Source: Candidatus Onthoplasma sp. (GTDB taxonomy: Bacteria > Bacillota > Clostridia > Christensenellales > UBA1242). From it: DNA of 64,000 bases. Each line of letters opens with the position of its first letter. Position 1 is the first letter of the stretch. Where the stretch lies: contig JBJETW010000014.1 in the NCBI GenBank assembly GCA_051883515.1, positions 1,345 through 65,344 on the forward strand, given 5' to 3'. The position numbers were made by a program, and so were the translations under genes. The notes below the pieces were generated by a model. The model saw only the letters and a list, made by a program, of their open reading frames with translations, made no database searches and was not told where the DNA came from. Shown one piece after another: positions 38,890-47,400 of this stretch.

Positions 38890-38918
38890 ATTATAAACAA
38901 TTGTTTTTATTTTTACAA
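38890..38918 (-). promoter_or_regulatory. Promoter candidate placed only 7 nt from the ABC start codon (possible leaderless mRNA)
   Basis: Minus strand reads TTGTAA (38918..38913), a 17-nt spacer, TATAAT (38895..38890), then TATCTAA and the ATG at 38882. No Shine-Dalgarno is visible. Confidence 0.35.
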
Positions 38919-38919
38919 A

Positions 38920-38948
38920 TAAAAAAACCAAATTTTGACAATTTGGTT
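38920..38948 (-). terminator. Rho-independent terminator after dnaI
   Basis: AACCAAATT (38926..38934) pairs with AATTTGGTT (38940..38948). On the minus strand it is followed by TTTTTTTATTT. Confidence 0.65.
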
Positions 38949-39852
38949 ATAATCTTTTATCTTTTGAATCGAGTTGAATGTTTATTGCCAATTTTTTATT
39001 TCCAAGTCTAGAAAATATTCTTTCATCATATCTAGACAAAATGTTTTCCAAAGAAAGATTAGTTGAAATAAAAGTTGGACGATTATTGACTTGCCTTGTG
39101 TTGATAAGATTATATAAATACTCTTTCGTCACATTTTTCAACACTGGCTCTGTTCCCAAATCGTCAATCAACAAAATGTCTGCATTAATGCAATCTGCAA
39201 ATTCAAAACTTTTTCCAATATGATAAAGACGAGCAAGTTCATTCAATTCAAATGCAGTTTTGTAGCACACAATCATATTTTTTTTCATCATTTCATTTGC
39301 AATACATTCAAGGAAGAATGTCTTTCCGCTTCCTGCTCCACCAATTATGTTTATGTTGATTTTGCTTATGTCAGGAAATTTTTTACACCACGAAGAAAGA
39401 AAAGCGCAAACTTTTTTATCATTGTCATTCATGATGTTTTCATCACAATTTTCAAAAGATTTAAATTCTGATTGACTGCTAGATTGAATTGAAATTTTTT
39501 TGTTTAATTCGTTTAGCAAACACTCACAAATTTTTCCATTAAACACACCTGTATCTTTGCATTTTGGGCAATCATATTTAGGTGTTAATTTTGTTTTATC
39601 AATCCTGTTTTTAACCAAAAACTCATCAATTTTTTGTTTCAACTCAACAACATCTTTGATTAAATTTTCTCTTTCGCCATCAAGTTCTGTTTTAATTGCC
39701 TCAAGTTGTTTTTGCGATAATTGAACAAAAAGTTGATTAAATTCATCATTTTTTCGCAAATTTTCAAGAAATTCATCACATTTTTCTTGATTTTTTACTC
39801 TTTTTAACATGTATTCTTGTTTTATTGCTTCAATCATTTTTTGTTTGTTCAT
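38947..39852 (-). CDS. dnaI: Helicase loader, DnaI/DnaC family AAA+ ATPase with N-terminal zinc-ribbon
   Basis: CPKCKDTGVFNGKICEC, Walker A GGAGSGKTF, Walker B LLIDDLG, and FISTN...RIFSRL. Start moved to the ATG at 39852 (MNKQKMIEAIK), 1 nt after the upstream TAG. Confidence 0.8.
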   Translation of the reverse strand: MNKQKMIEAIKQEYMLKRVKNQEKCDEFLENLRKNDEFNQLFVQLSQKQLEAIKTELDGERENLIKDVVELKQKIDEFLVKNRIDKTKLTPKYDCPKCKDTGVFNGKICECLLNELNKKISIQSSSQSEFKSFENCDENIMNDNDKKVCAFLSSWCKKFPDISKININIIGGAGSGKTFFLECIANEMMKKNMIVCYKTAFELNELARLYHIGKSFEFADCINADILLIDDLGTEPVLKNVTKEYLYNLINTRQVNNRPTFISTNLSLENILSRYDERIFSRLGNKKLAINIQLDSKDKRL

Positions 39853-39853
39853 G

Positions 39854-41290
39854 CTAGACCTCCACTTCATCTAAGTTAGAAATCAAACTTGAAATCTGCT
39901 CTTTTGTGTAATTATTCTTTATGAATGTTGTGTCTTCTTCTTTGTTGATTTTCATTTGCTTTGCTTGTTCAAGGGTCTTTACTCCTTCCTTGCTCCAATT
40001 TGACAATACTTTATTTAAATATTGCAACGCATTTGCTTTGTCTTTACATTGATTCCCAGCATATAAAATCACGTCCAAATCAAAGCCCCAATCCCCTGTC
40101 CAAGTTTGGAAGAAATTTCTATCCATGTTATTGACATTTCTCTTCAAACCGAGTGAATCTAACACCTGTTTTATTTTTTCATCAATCGCAAGATTGTCAT
40201 TTATGTATTGAATGTATGCATTTAAACTCACAATTCCAAGTTTAAAAAGTTTTGTCAAAATTCCGTTATAACCTTCAAGCGTCCTAATTGAAGATTTAAA
40301 ACAATTGTCTGCCACCATCTTTAAAGTTTCCAAATCAAAGCCCATGTTAATCCAAGCAACAACATATGTATCAATTTCTTTCGTCAAATCTTCGTAGAAA
40401 ATTCCAAGTTCTTTGTTGACCACTTTTGCAATTTCGTATAAATTTTCTTTTTCGTTTTCATAATTTTCAATTTCTTGAATTGACATGATTTTCATTTCAT
40501 AATATTTTGTCAAAACTTCGTCGAGCACATTGACATCTAATTTCCTTTTTTTGCTCTTCAAGTTTTTCACAACAAATATTATCACATTCATTTCAAAACC
40601 AAATGAATTTTTCCATTTGTTTAAAAGTTCTTTATCTTCAATTTGAATTTTTCGTTTTGAACCCATTGCACTCAAAATCAACGCCATGTCGTCATCTGCA
40701 ATTCCAAGTTCATTGATTTTTGTCTGAACTTGTTCCGCTGTTCGAATGCCTTCTCGTTCCCAATCCTTTGCAACAGTCAAACAATAATTTGGACTAAGTG
40801 AAAATCCTTTATAGTTCACACAATATGCAACAATTTGAATGAGCGCACTTTCTTGCATGTGTTTTTTTTCAATCAAATAATAAAACTCAGCGAATTCATT
40901 TGGCATAACAACACGCGAACCAAACAATTCTTGAATTTGAATGTTGAAATCTGTATATTTGTCGACTTTAAATTTCTTTATATTTCCAGCAGACGAATTA
41001 ACTGGCAAATATCTCACTTCAACCGGGTCAGTTGAAAGCACTTGACATAGTCCTTTATCTTCCCAATATTTAAACAAGGAAATCACATCTTCTTCGCAAA
41101 TTTTTAAAGTATCCATAAAATATTGCATTGTATTGTCCGCGTCGTCACTTGAACTGCATTTCATCAAGCCTAGCAAATATGCTTTGACACACATGTCTGG
41201 AGCATTTGGCAAAAAATCGCTGATAAAATTTGTGTCAATAATAACCTTATTCGTATTTAAATATGTTGGACTAAACTTACAAAAACTCAT
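39854..41290 (-). CDS. dnaB: Replication initiation / membrane attachment protein, DnaD-domain family (Bacillus-type DnaB, not the helicase)
   Basis: The 478-aa size and its position directly upstream of dnaI match the Bacillus dnaB-dnaI operon. There are repeated DnaD-like C-terminal motifs (VAKDWEREGIRTAEQV; VLSNWSKEGVKTLEQAK). Confidence 0.6.
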   Translation of the reverse strand: MSFCKFSPTYLNTNKVIIDTNFISDFLPNAPDMCVKAYLLGLMKCSSSDDADNTMQYFMDTLKICEEDVISLFKYWEDKGLCQVLSTDPVEVRYLPVNSSAGNIKKFKVDKYTDFNIQIQELFGSRVVMPNEFAEFYYLIEKKHMQESALIQIVAYCVNYKGFSLSPNYCLTVAKDWEREGIRTAEQVQTKINELGIADDDMALILSAMGSKRKIQIEDKELLNKWKNSFGFEMNVIIFVVKNLKSKKRKLDVNVLDEVLTKYYEMKIMSIQEIENYENEKENLYEIAKVVNKELGIFYEDLTKEIDTYVVAWINMGFDLETLKMVADNCFKSSIRTLEGYNGILTKLFKLGIVSLNAYIQYINDNLAIDEKIKQVLDSLGLKRNVNNMDRNFFQTWTGDWGFDLDVILYAGNQCKDKANALQYLNKVLSNWSKEGVKTLEQAKQMKINKEEDTTFIKNNYTKEQISSLISNLDEVEV

Positions 41291-41329
41291 GCCTTTATAT
41301 TAACACAAAAAAAACCGAAAGTAAAATAA

Positions 41330-41382
41330 GATATCCACAATTTACATTTTGTTATCCACAATTTGAAGTTCTAGTGTGGACA
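41330..41382. promoter_or_regulatory. Cluster of three DnaA boxes
   Basis: ATATCCACA at 41330..41338 (8 of 9). TTATCCACA at 41351..41359 (perfect). TGTGGACAA at 41374..41382, which is TTGTCCACA on the other strand (8 of 9). All lie within the 112-bp divergent intergenic region between dnaB-like and the M1 peptidase. Confidence 0.6.
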
Positions 41383-41402
41383 ACTCGGACGTATTATAAA
41401 AT

Positions 41403-42878
41403 ATGAAAAAATTTTTATGTTTAATTTTAGTTTTATTTGTTGTCTTTTCTTGTGCGTCATGCAAGAAAAAAGATAATTTAATCGACCTTGGAAAAGACAA
41501 AACAAACTATGAAATATCAATCAATGTCGACGACTCGGACATGTCAGTTTTGGCAAACGAAACTGTCACATACATAAACGACACAAATCAAGTAATTAAA
41601 AATATTAAATTCCACTTGTATCCACAATTTTTTGAGCAAGGTAAAACTGACTGCATTGTCCCAAGCACAAAGTTAAATTCCGCGTTCCCATATGGAATGA
41701 GTTATTCAAATTTTGAAGTGTGTAGAGTAATTGAAAACGAACATGAACAAACCGTGCTTTATGAAGGAGAAAATGACGACATTCTTTCTGTTCCACTAAC
41801 CAATAGTCTTTTGCCAAATGATAAAGCAATAATTCAAATTGAGTTTATGTTTTCAATCCCAAATTGCGCACATAGGTTGGGTTATGTTGAAAACACAATA
41901 AACCTTGCAAACTTTTATCCTATTGTTTGCGTGTTTGAAAACGGCGAATTCAACACGAGTCCTTATAATGCAAATGGCGACCCATTTTATTCAAATATGG
42001 CAAATTATCAAGTTAGCGTGACCGCAAACAAAGACTTTGTTTTGGCAACAAGCGGAAAACAGGAAGACGAAACAATTTCTGGCGACAAATCCACAACCAC
42101 ATTCTCAGCATATATGGTTCGAGATTTTGCAATTGTTTTAAGCAAAGATTTTCAGGTGAAAACCACAACTATAAACGACACCGCAATATCATATTTTTAC
42201 TTCGATGACGAATGTGCAGACGCTTCTTTAAAAGCAGGAGTTGATAGTTTATCAACTTTCTCAAATTTGTTCGGTAGTTATCCATATCCAACGTTCAACA
42301 TAGTACAAACAAATTTTGTGCATGGCGGAATGGAATATCCAGGGTTGATTATGATAAGTGCCAGCATTGAAGACCAAAATGATTATATGAATGTAATCGT
42401 ACACGAAACAGCACATCAATGGTGGTATGGAATGGTGGGAAATGATGAATATAATTACCCATGGTTAGACGAGGCACTCACTGAATATTCAACAATTCTT
42501 TTCTACGATTTTAACTCCGGTTATGAATTCAATCATGCGCAAATGGTTCAATCTTGCAAGGACAATTATTCACTTTTTATTAATGTATATCAAGATGTTT
42601 TGGGAACAATTGACACCAGCATGCGTTCAGTTAACGCATATTCCACCGAACCAGAATACACTTACTGCATTTACGTAAAAGGCGTGTTGATGTTTGATAG
42701 CATATATAACCTTATAGGAAAAGATAAATTTTTAAAATGTTTAAAAACTTATTTTGAAGAAAATAAATATAAAAATGTCACTCCGGATTGTCTCGTATCC
42801 GCGTTCTCACGCACAACCAAACAAGATTTTGAACCAATATTTTCAAGTTGGATAAAAGGAAAAGTTGTAATTAGATAA
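41403..42878 (+). CDS. M1-family zinc metallopeptidase, probable lipoprotein
   Basis: The signal peptide ends VVFSCASC. HETAHQWWYG is followed by E 18 residues later (WLDEALTEY), giving the HEXXH-X18-E gluzincin signature. Confidence 0.85.
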   Translation: MKKFLCLILVLFVVFSCASCKKKDNLIDLGKDKTNYEISINVDDSDMSVLANETVTYINDTNQVIKNIKFHLYPQFFEQGKTDCIVPSTKLNSAFPYGMSYSNFEVCRVIENEHEQTVLYEGENDDILSVPLTNSLLPNDKAIIQIEFMFSIPNCAHRLGYVENTINLANFYPIVCVFENGEFNTSPYNANGDPFYSNMANYQVSVTANKDFVLATSGKQEDETISGDKSTTTFSAYMVRDFAIVLSKDFQVKTTTINDTAISYFYFDDECADASLKAGVDSLSTFSNLFGSYPYPTFNIVQTNFVHGGMEYPGLIMISASIEDQNDYMNVIVHETAHQWWYGMVGNDEYNYPWLDEALTEYSTILFYDFNSGYEFNHAQMVQSCKDNYSLFINVYQDVLGTIDTSMRSVNAYSTEPEYTYCIYVKGVLMFDSIYNLIGKDKFLKCLKTYFEENKYKNVTPDCLVSAFSRTTKQDFEPIFSSWIKGKVVIR

Positions 42879-42891
42879 AAACCTCTTAATT

Positions 42892-42924
42892 AAAAAAGAT
42901 AGACCCAAAGTCTATCTTTTTTTG
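42892..42924. terminator. Bidirectional rho-independent terminator
   Basis: AGATAGAC (42897..42904) pairs with GTCTATCT (42910..42917). An A-run precedes it and a T7 run follows. It lies between convergent genes. Confidence 0.7.
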
Positions 42925-42943
42925 CAAGCGATTTTAATTTTTA

Positions 42944-43228
42944 CTAGCCAATCAACATGCCACTTGGCAATGTATTTATCATTTCATTTGCCGTGGCAGC
43001 AGCACCTGCAATAATTGTCATTGCAAATATCATTGTCAAAACTTCTAAAACAACAGCAATAATTGAAATAATCAAACCAGCTTTTGCAAGTCCTGCATAA
43101 TCTGTTTCATATTCGCCACTCTTCGCTTTTTTTAACGCAATTGCTGAAACAACAATTCCGGCAATTGGAAACAAGAAAGCCAACACAAATCCAACTATTG
43201 ACATAATGTTTTTTTCTTTCTTTTGCAT
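42944..43228 (-). CDS. Small membrane protein (94 aa, two TM helices), DUF4190-like
   Basis: Start moved to the ATG at 43228, preceded by AAGGAGGG. Two hydrophobic helices (IVGFVLAFLFPIAGIVVSAIAL; GLIISIIAVVLEVLTMIFAMTII). Confidence 0.65.
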   Translation of the reverse strand: MQKKEKNIMSIVGFVLAFLFPIAGIVVSAIALKKAKSGEYETDYAGLAKAGLIISIIAVVLEVLTMIFAMTIIAGAAATANEMINTLPSGMLIG

Positions 43229-43324
43229 TTTTCCCTCCTTTAAAAGGAATTTATCACATTTGTAAAGTATTGTCAACTCATTTGTAAAGTATTTTATTAC
43301 AAATGTATGATAAAATATCTATAT

Positions 43325-43624
43325 ATGGATATATTAACAAAAATAGATCGTTTAAGAATTGAAAAAGGTTGGACAATTTATCAATTGGCTCAAAATGCGA
43401 ACATTTCACAATCAACTTTGTCAAACATGACTGCAAGAAAAACTCTTCCGTCAATTTCAACATTGCAAAAAATATGTGAAGCATTCAACATGACATTGTC
43501 TGAATTTTTTTCTGAAGAAACTGAAAACTCTCAAAATGATTTATTACTTCAAAAATTCAACAAATTGTCAAAAGCAGACCAACAAGCGATTTTACACATT
43601 ATTTCTCGCATGCCAAATCATTAA
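43325..43624 (+). CDS. XRE-family helix-turn-helix transcriptional regulator
   Basis: IDRLRIEKGWTIYQLAQNANISQSTLSNMTARKTLPSISTLQKICEAFNMTLSEFF. The start is ambiguous (ATG 43307 or 43325); neither has a clear RBS. Confidence 0.75.
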   Translation: MDILTKIDRLRIEKGWTIYQLAQNANISQSTLSNMTARKTLPSISTLQKICEAFNMTLSEFFSEETENSQNDLLLQKFNKLSKADQQAILHIISRMPNH

Positions 43625-43640
43625 TAAAAAATACACAAAC

Positions 43641-43668
43641 AAAAAAAGAGCAATCTTGCTCTTTTTTT
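43641..43668. terminator. Bidirectional terminator
   Basis: AGAGC (43647..43651) pairs with GCTCT (43658..43662), flanked by an A7 run and a T7 run, between convergent genes. Confidence 0.55.
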
Positions 43669-44197
43669 AAATATTAACTTGTTTTCCTTCGTCAAATATA
43701 AACATGTGCCCTAAATCTTCTTTTGGAATAATTCTATAATCTGGGTCTGAATCGTCAATTGTTTTTGGGTCAATTTCGTTTTCATTGCCAACATAAACAT
43801 GATATGTTAACAAAGGATTTTTCCTAGAGAAAGTTTTGAGAACCAAATCCCCAATTTTAACTTTTGGTTTTATGGTGATTTCAAAATAAGAAATATTGTT
43901 TGGAACGACAAAACTTCTCTCAATAAACTGCTTCAATGAAAGAGTTTTTTTAGCAGAACTTTCTTGAGTGTTCCCATTTTTTATCTCTTTTTCTGTATAT
44001 TTAAATGTTGCTTGAAGCGATACTTTGTCAACGTTTGCTAAAAAAAGTTCACGCAATTTTTTTTCAAATTCGGCGATTTTTTCGCTGTTTTCAATCCCCG
44101 CTTCTTTAAACATCAGTTGTTCCATTCTTTTTGCATATTTCACAAATTCATTGATTTGTTTTTCATTCTTTTTTTGTTTCTTTTCTTGTTCGGTCAT
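43667..44197 (-). CDS. Hypothetical protein (176 aa), charged coiled-coil-like N-terminal half
   Basis: ORF track plus RBS AAGGTGGA upstream. No motif recognised. Confidence 0.6.
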   Translation of the reverse strand: MTEQEKKQKKNEKQINEFVKYAKRMEQLMFKEAGIENSEKIAEFEKKLRELFLANVDKVSLQATFKYTEKEIKNGNTQESSAKKTLSLKQFIERSFVVPNNISYFEITIKPKVKIGDLVLKTFSRKNPLLTYHVYVGNENEIDPKTIDDSDPDYRIIPKEDLGHMFIFDEGKQVNI

Positions 44198-44360
44198 GTT
44201 TATCCACCTTTATTGCGATTATTTTAATCCTTACATCTAGATTTGTCAAGTCTATTATTAAATCATTTATTCACATAAATCTTTACACTTGAATTATTTT
44301 TTTTATTTATTTGCCAAAATTAATGCAATTTGTTAAAATAAAAATATAAATGAGGTAAAT

Positions 44361-44795
44361 ATGTTAGAAATTAAAGTAAAATATTTTGCAGACATTGAAC
44401 CAATCAAATTTATCGGTGGCGCAAAAAGTGATTGGTATGACTTAAGAAGCGCGGAAGATGTTGAAATGAAAGCGGGAGAATTCAAACTTATCAAACTGGG
44501 AGTTGGAATTGCTCTTCCAAAAGGTTATGAAGCAATTGTTGCTCCACGCAGTTCAACATTTAAAAATTATGGCATATTGCAAACTAATAGCATCGGAGTA
44601 ATAGACGAAACATACTGCGGAGACAACGACCAATGGCTTATGCCAGCGCTTGCAATGCGTGACACAACAATTCATAAAAATGACCGTATTTGTCAGTTTA
44701 GAATTATCGCACATCAACCAGAACACACAATAACCACTGTTGAACATTTTTCTGCCCCAGACCGAGGAGGAATCGGTTCAAGCGGAAAACAATAA
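44361..44795 (+). CDS. dut: dUTP diphosphatase
   Basis: Trimeric dUTPase motifs: PRSS, GVIDETYCGD, and the C-terminal DRGGIGSSG. RBS is TGAGGT. Confidence 0.9.
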   Translation: MLEIKVKYFADIEPIKFIGGAKSDWYDLRSAEDVEMKAGEFKLIKLGVGIALPKGYEAIVAPRSSTFKNYGILQTNSIGVIDETYCGDNDQWLMPALAMRDTTIHKNDRICQFRIIAHQPEHTITTVEHFSAPDRGGIGSSGKQ

Positions 44796-44840
44796 AGCAA
44801 ATTTTTATCAAATTTAAATCATATTTTTACATAAAAATCA

Positions 44841-44870
44841 AAAAAACCACAGAAATCCGTGGTTTTTTAT
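44841..44870. terminator. Bidirectional terminator between dut and rplA
   Basis: AAACCAC pairs with GTGGTTT across an 8-nt loop, with an A-run before and a T-run after. Confidence 0.6.
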
Positions 44871-44886
44871 TATTTTTTGTAATGTC

Positions 44887-45576
44887 TTATTTCGCATCGC
44901 TATATGAAACTTTGATGCTTGGTCCCATTGTTGTTGCAACGTAAACTGATTTCAAGTATGTTCCTTTTGCTGCTGCTGGTTTTGCTTTAACAATTGCGTC
45001 CATAACTGTTGTCAAGTTTGTCAACAATCTGTCAGCACCAAAACTTACTTTACCAATACGAACGTGAACAATATTTTGTTTGTCAAGACGATATTCAACC
45101 TTTCCGGCTTTAACATCTTTGATTGCTTTTGTGACGTCCATTGTGACTGTTCCGCTCTTTGGATTTGGCATTAAACCTTTTGGTCCAAGGATACGAGCAC
45201 AACGACCAATTGCACCCATCATATCAGGTGTTGTTATGCAGACATCAAAGTCTAACCAACCACCCATGATTTTTGCGATTATATCATCATCGCCAACGAT
45301 GTCAGCGCCAGCTTTCTTTGCTTCTTCAGCTTTTTCACCTTTTGCAAGAACAAGAACTTTTACAGTTTTTCCTGTTCCTTCTGGAAGAACAACCACTCCA
45401 CGAACTTGTTGGTCAGCATTTCTTCCATCAACACCAAGACGAACGTGCAATTCAACTGTTTCGTCGAATTTTGCTTTGCTTGTGTTAACAATCAAGTCCA
45501 TTGCTTCTTTTGTTGTGTAAAGCTTTGACTTGTCAATAAGTTTTAAACTCTCTTGATAATTCTTACTTTTTGTCAT
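44887..45576 (-). CDS. rplA: 50S ribosomal protein L1
   Basis: [21 protein letters not shown]...[32 protein letters not shown]. Start moved to the ATG at 45576 with GGAGGG 5 nt upstream. It overlaps the rplK end by 14 nt. Confidence 0.95.
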   Translation of the reverse strand: MTKSKNYQESLKLIDKSKLYTTKEAMDLIVNTSKAKFDETVELHVRLGVDGRNADQQVRGVVVLPEGTGKTVKVLVLAKGEKAEEAKKAGADIVGDDDIIAKIMGGWLDFDVCITTPDMMGAIGRCARILGPKGLMPNPKSGTVTMDVTKAIKDVKAGKVEYRLDKQNIVHVRIGKVSFGADRLLTNLTTVMDAIVKAKPAAAKGTYLKSVYVATTMGPSIKVSYSDAK

Positions 45577-46003
45577 TGTAGCCCTCCACAACAACACCCA
45601 TGCTTCTGCATGAACCAGCAATCATGCTCATTGCTGCTTCAATGCTTGCTGCATTGAGGTCGCTCATTTTTGTTTCTGCGATTTTTCTAAGTTGGTCGAC
45701 TGTGATTTTCCCAACTTTGTTTTTAGGTGTCTTGTCAGACCCTTTTTCAATTCCTGCCTCTTTCAAAACTAAGTCAGCGACAGGTGGTTGCTTCAAAACG
45801 AATGTGAAGCTTCTGTCTTCATAGATTGTGATGATAACTGGAAGGTTATATCCAATCATGTTTGCAGATTTGTCGTTAAATTCTTTTACAAATCCAGCGA
45901 TGTTGATTCCGTGTGGTCCAAGCATTGATCCTGTTGGAGGTGCTGGAGTGGCTTTTCCTGCTGGAAGTTGCATTTTTACGACTGCTTTAACTTTTTTTGC
46001 CAT
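45563..46003 (-). CDS. rplK: 50S ribosomal protein L11
   Basis: [43 protein letters not shown]... Confidence 0.95.
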   Translation of the reverse strand: MAKKVKAVVKMQLPAGKATPAPPTGSMLGPHGINIAGFVKEFNDKSANMIGYNLPVIITIYEDRSFTFVLKQPPVADLVLKEAGIEKGSDKTPKNKVGKITVDQLRKIAETKMSDLNAASIEAAMSMIAGSCRSMGVVVEGYNDKK

Positions 46004-46021
46004 GTTTTACTCCTTTTATGG

Positions 46022-46055
46022 CGTGGTTAACTGGGCTCGACTATGCCCTCCCACG
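46022..46055 (-). promoter_or_regulatory. GC-rich structured element in the rplK-rplA 5' leader (candidate L1 autoregulatory site)
   Basis: The minus-strand RNA reads CGUGG-GAGGGCAUAGUCGAGCCC-AGUUAA-CCACG. An outer 5-bp helix encloses a GGGC/GCCC hairpin, immediately upstream of the RBS AAAGGAG. It is strikingly GC-rich for this genome. Confidence 0.4.
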
Positions 46056-46095
46056 AAGTTTCCCTCTCTTTTTGGCTGATTGGTTTCCATTTTTT

Positions 46096-46124
46096 ATTTT
46101 ATCTTAAAAATAATTTTGTGTCAA
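46096..46124 (-). promoter_or_regulatory. Promoter candidate for rplK-rplA
   Basis: Minus strand reads TTGACA (46124..46119), a 17-nt spacer, then TAAAAT (46101..46096). Confidence 0.5.
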
Positions 46125-46159
46125 TACTTTTGTTTATTTTCTTTTCATATAAAATTGAA

Positions 46160-46720
46160 TTAAATATTGCTTAGTCTAATTTGATTAAATGAAAGTTCAA
46201 CTTCACTTTCTCTACCAAACATTTCAACCAAGCATACCAGCTTTTGATTTGTTTCATCAACAGATTTAACATTTCCAACAAATCCAGCAAGTGAACCATC
46301 AATTATTTCAACCAAATCGCCCACTTTTACATCGATGTCAGATTTTGCTTCTGTGTTTATTCCGCCTTCAACGCCCATTCTTCTAGCTTCTTCGTCTGTG
46401 ATTGGAACAGGTCTTCCTTGTGGGCCAACAAATCCAGTGATATATTGCGTTCTTGTCACAGCATGCCAAATATCATCGCCATATTTCATCCTAACCAAAA
46501 TATATCCTGGCATGGTTTTCTTTGGAACAAGGACTTTCTTTCCTCGCTTTTCAACCAATTCATCTTCCATAGGAATAACAATTTGGAAAATTCTATCTTG
46601 AAGGTCGTATTTATCAATTGTAATTTCCAAATTTTGTTTTGCAACATTTTCATAACCCGAATAAACATGCAATGCATACCACTTAGGTTCTTTATCTATG
46701 TTATTATCAACAATTGCCAT
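46160..46720 (-). CDS. nusG: Transcription termination/antitermination factor NusG
   Basis: KWYALHVYSGYENVAKQNLE is the NGN domain. The C-terminal KOW is VKVGDLVEIIDGSLAGFVGNVKSVD. Confidence 0.95.
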   Translation of the reverse strand: MAIVDNNIDKEPKWYALHVYSGYENVAKQNLEITIDKYDLQDRIFQIVIPMEDELVEKRGKKVLVPKKTMPGYILVRMKYGDDIWHAVTRTQYITGFVGPQGRPVPITDEEARRMGVEGGINTEAKSDIDVKVGDLVEIIDGSLAGFVGNVKSVDETNQKLVCLVEMFGRESEVELSFNQIRLSNI

Positions 46721-46790
46721 TTTTTCTCCTTTTTAATTCGATTTAAGTTTTGAAAACATTTGCTTTCAATCATTAAAATTTGACCGCAGT

Positions 46791-47081
46791 TTAATATAAA
46801 AAACCTGTCAAAAATTCACAAAGTTTATCAAAACCAAGCAAAACGAGCATGAAAACAAGAACAACAACCAAAACAATTCCTGTTTGTTTTGCAACTTGTT
46901 TAAATGTTGGCCAAGTCACTTTTTTGAGTTCGTTGCCAGTGTCTTTCAACGCTTTTGCAACCTTGTTTGGCTTCTTTGGTTTGTCTTTTTTCTTGTTTTT
47001 TGAGACGTCTTTTGCCTTTACTTCAACAACTTTTGGCTTTGTTTCAACCTTTGTCTCTTGTTTAGGTGTTTTGTTTTCCAT
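46791..47081 (-). CDS. secE: Preprotein translocase subunit SecE with Lys-rich N-terminal extension
   Basis: The C-terminal ELKKVTWPTFKQVAKQTGIVLVVVLVFMLVLLGFD is the SecE core. I chose the ATG at 47081 (MENKTPKQ...) because it lies after the rpmG stop. The track start at 47141 (TTG) would overlap rpmG by 46 nt. Confidence 0.8.
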   Translation of the reverse strand: MENKTPKQETKVETKPKVVEVKAKDVSKNKKKDKPKKPNKVAKALKDTGNELKKVTWPTFKQVAKQTGIVLVVVLVFMLVLLGFDKLCEFLTGFLY

Positions 47082-47095
47082 TGACTTACCTACCT

Positions 47096-47266
47096 CTATT
47101 TTGTTTCTTTGTGAGTTGTTTCTTTTTTGCATGTTGGGCAATATTTTTTGAGTTCTAATCTATCTGGGTCGTTTGCCTTGTTTTTTGTTGTGTTATAATT
47201 TCTGTTTTTGCATTCTGTGCATTCCAAAATTATTTTCTCTCTTTTTGTTTTAGCTTTCTTTGCCAT
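47096..47266 (-). CDS. rpmG: 50S ribosomal protein L33 (56 aa; below the ORF-track length cut-off)
   Basis: Hand translation gives [56 protein letters not shown], ending at TAG, with AAGGAG 6 nt upstream. It has a CxxC...CxxC zinc ribbon and sits in the canonical rpmG-secE-nusG position. Confidence 0.9.
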   Translation of the reverse strand: MAKKAKTKREKIILECTECKNRNYNTTKNKANDPDRLELKKYCPTCKKETTHKETK

Positions 47267-47323
47267 AAATCTCTCCTTATTTTTAATAAAAGTCTTAAAA
47301 AAACACCTACTTGGTGTATTTTT

Positions 47324-47352
47324 ATATTATCATAATTCAGTAAAGTTGTCAA
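47324..47352 (-). promoter_or_regulatory. Promoter candidate for rpmG-secE-nusG
   Basis: Minus strand reads TTGACA (47352..47347), a 17-nt spacer, then TAATAT (47329..47324) with TG at the extended -10. A short hairpin ACACC/GGTGT (47303..47317) followed by a U-run lies between it and the RBS. Confidence 0.5.
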
Positions 47353-47400
47353 CATAAAAAACATAATTTTTTCATTTGTTTCAAATTTACTTTCGATTTT

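Noticed and set aside
41330-41382. DnaA-box cluster as the chromosomal origin oriC.
   Set aside because: There are only three boxes, no adjacent dnaA/dnaN or obvious unwinding-element repeats, and the boxes sit in a 112-bp promoter region. A regulatory DnaA site is more likely, although a full-genome skew analysis would be needed to exclude an origin.
44199-44207. TTATCCACC, a near-consensus DnaA box upstream of the 176-aa hypothetical gene.
   Set aside because: It is a single 8-of-9 match that coincides with the reverse complement of that gene's Shine-Dalgarno (AAGGTGGA), so it is probably coincidental.
47082-47141. The longer SecE start (TTG at 47141 or ATG at 47132) given by the ORF track.
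   Set aside because: It would overlap the rpmG coding sequence by 37-46 nt in another frame. The ATG at 47081, after the rpmG stop, is more parsimonious, though this is unproven.
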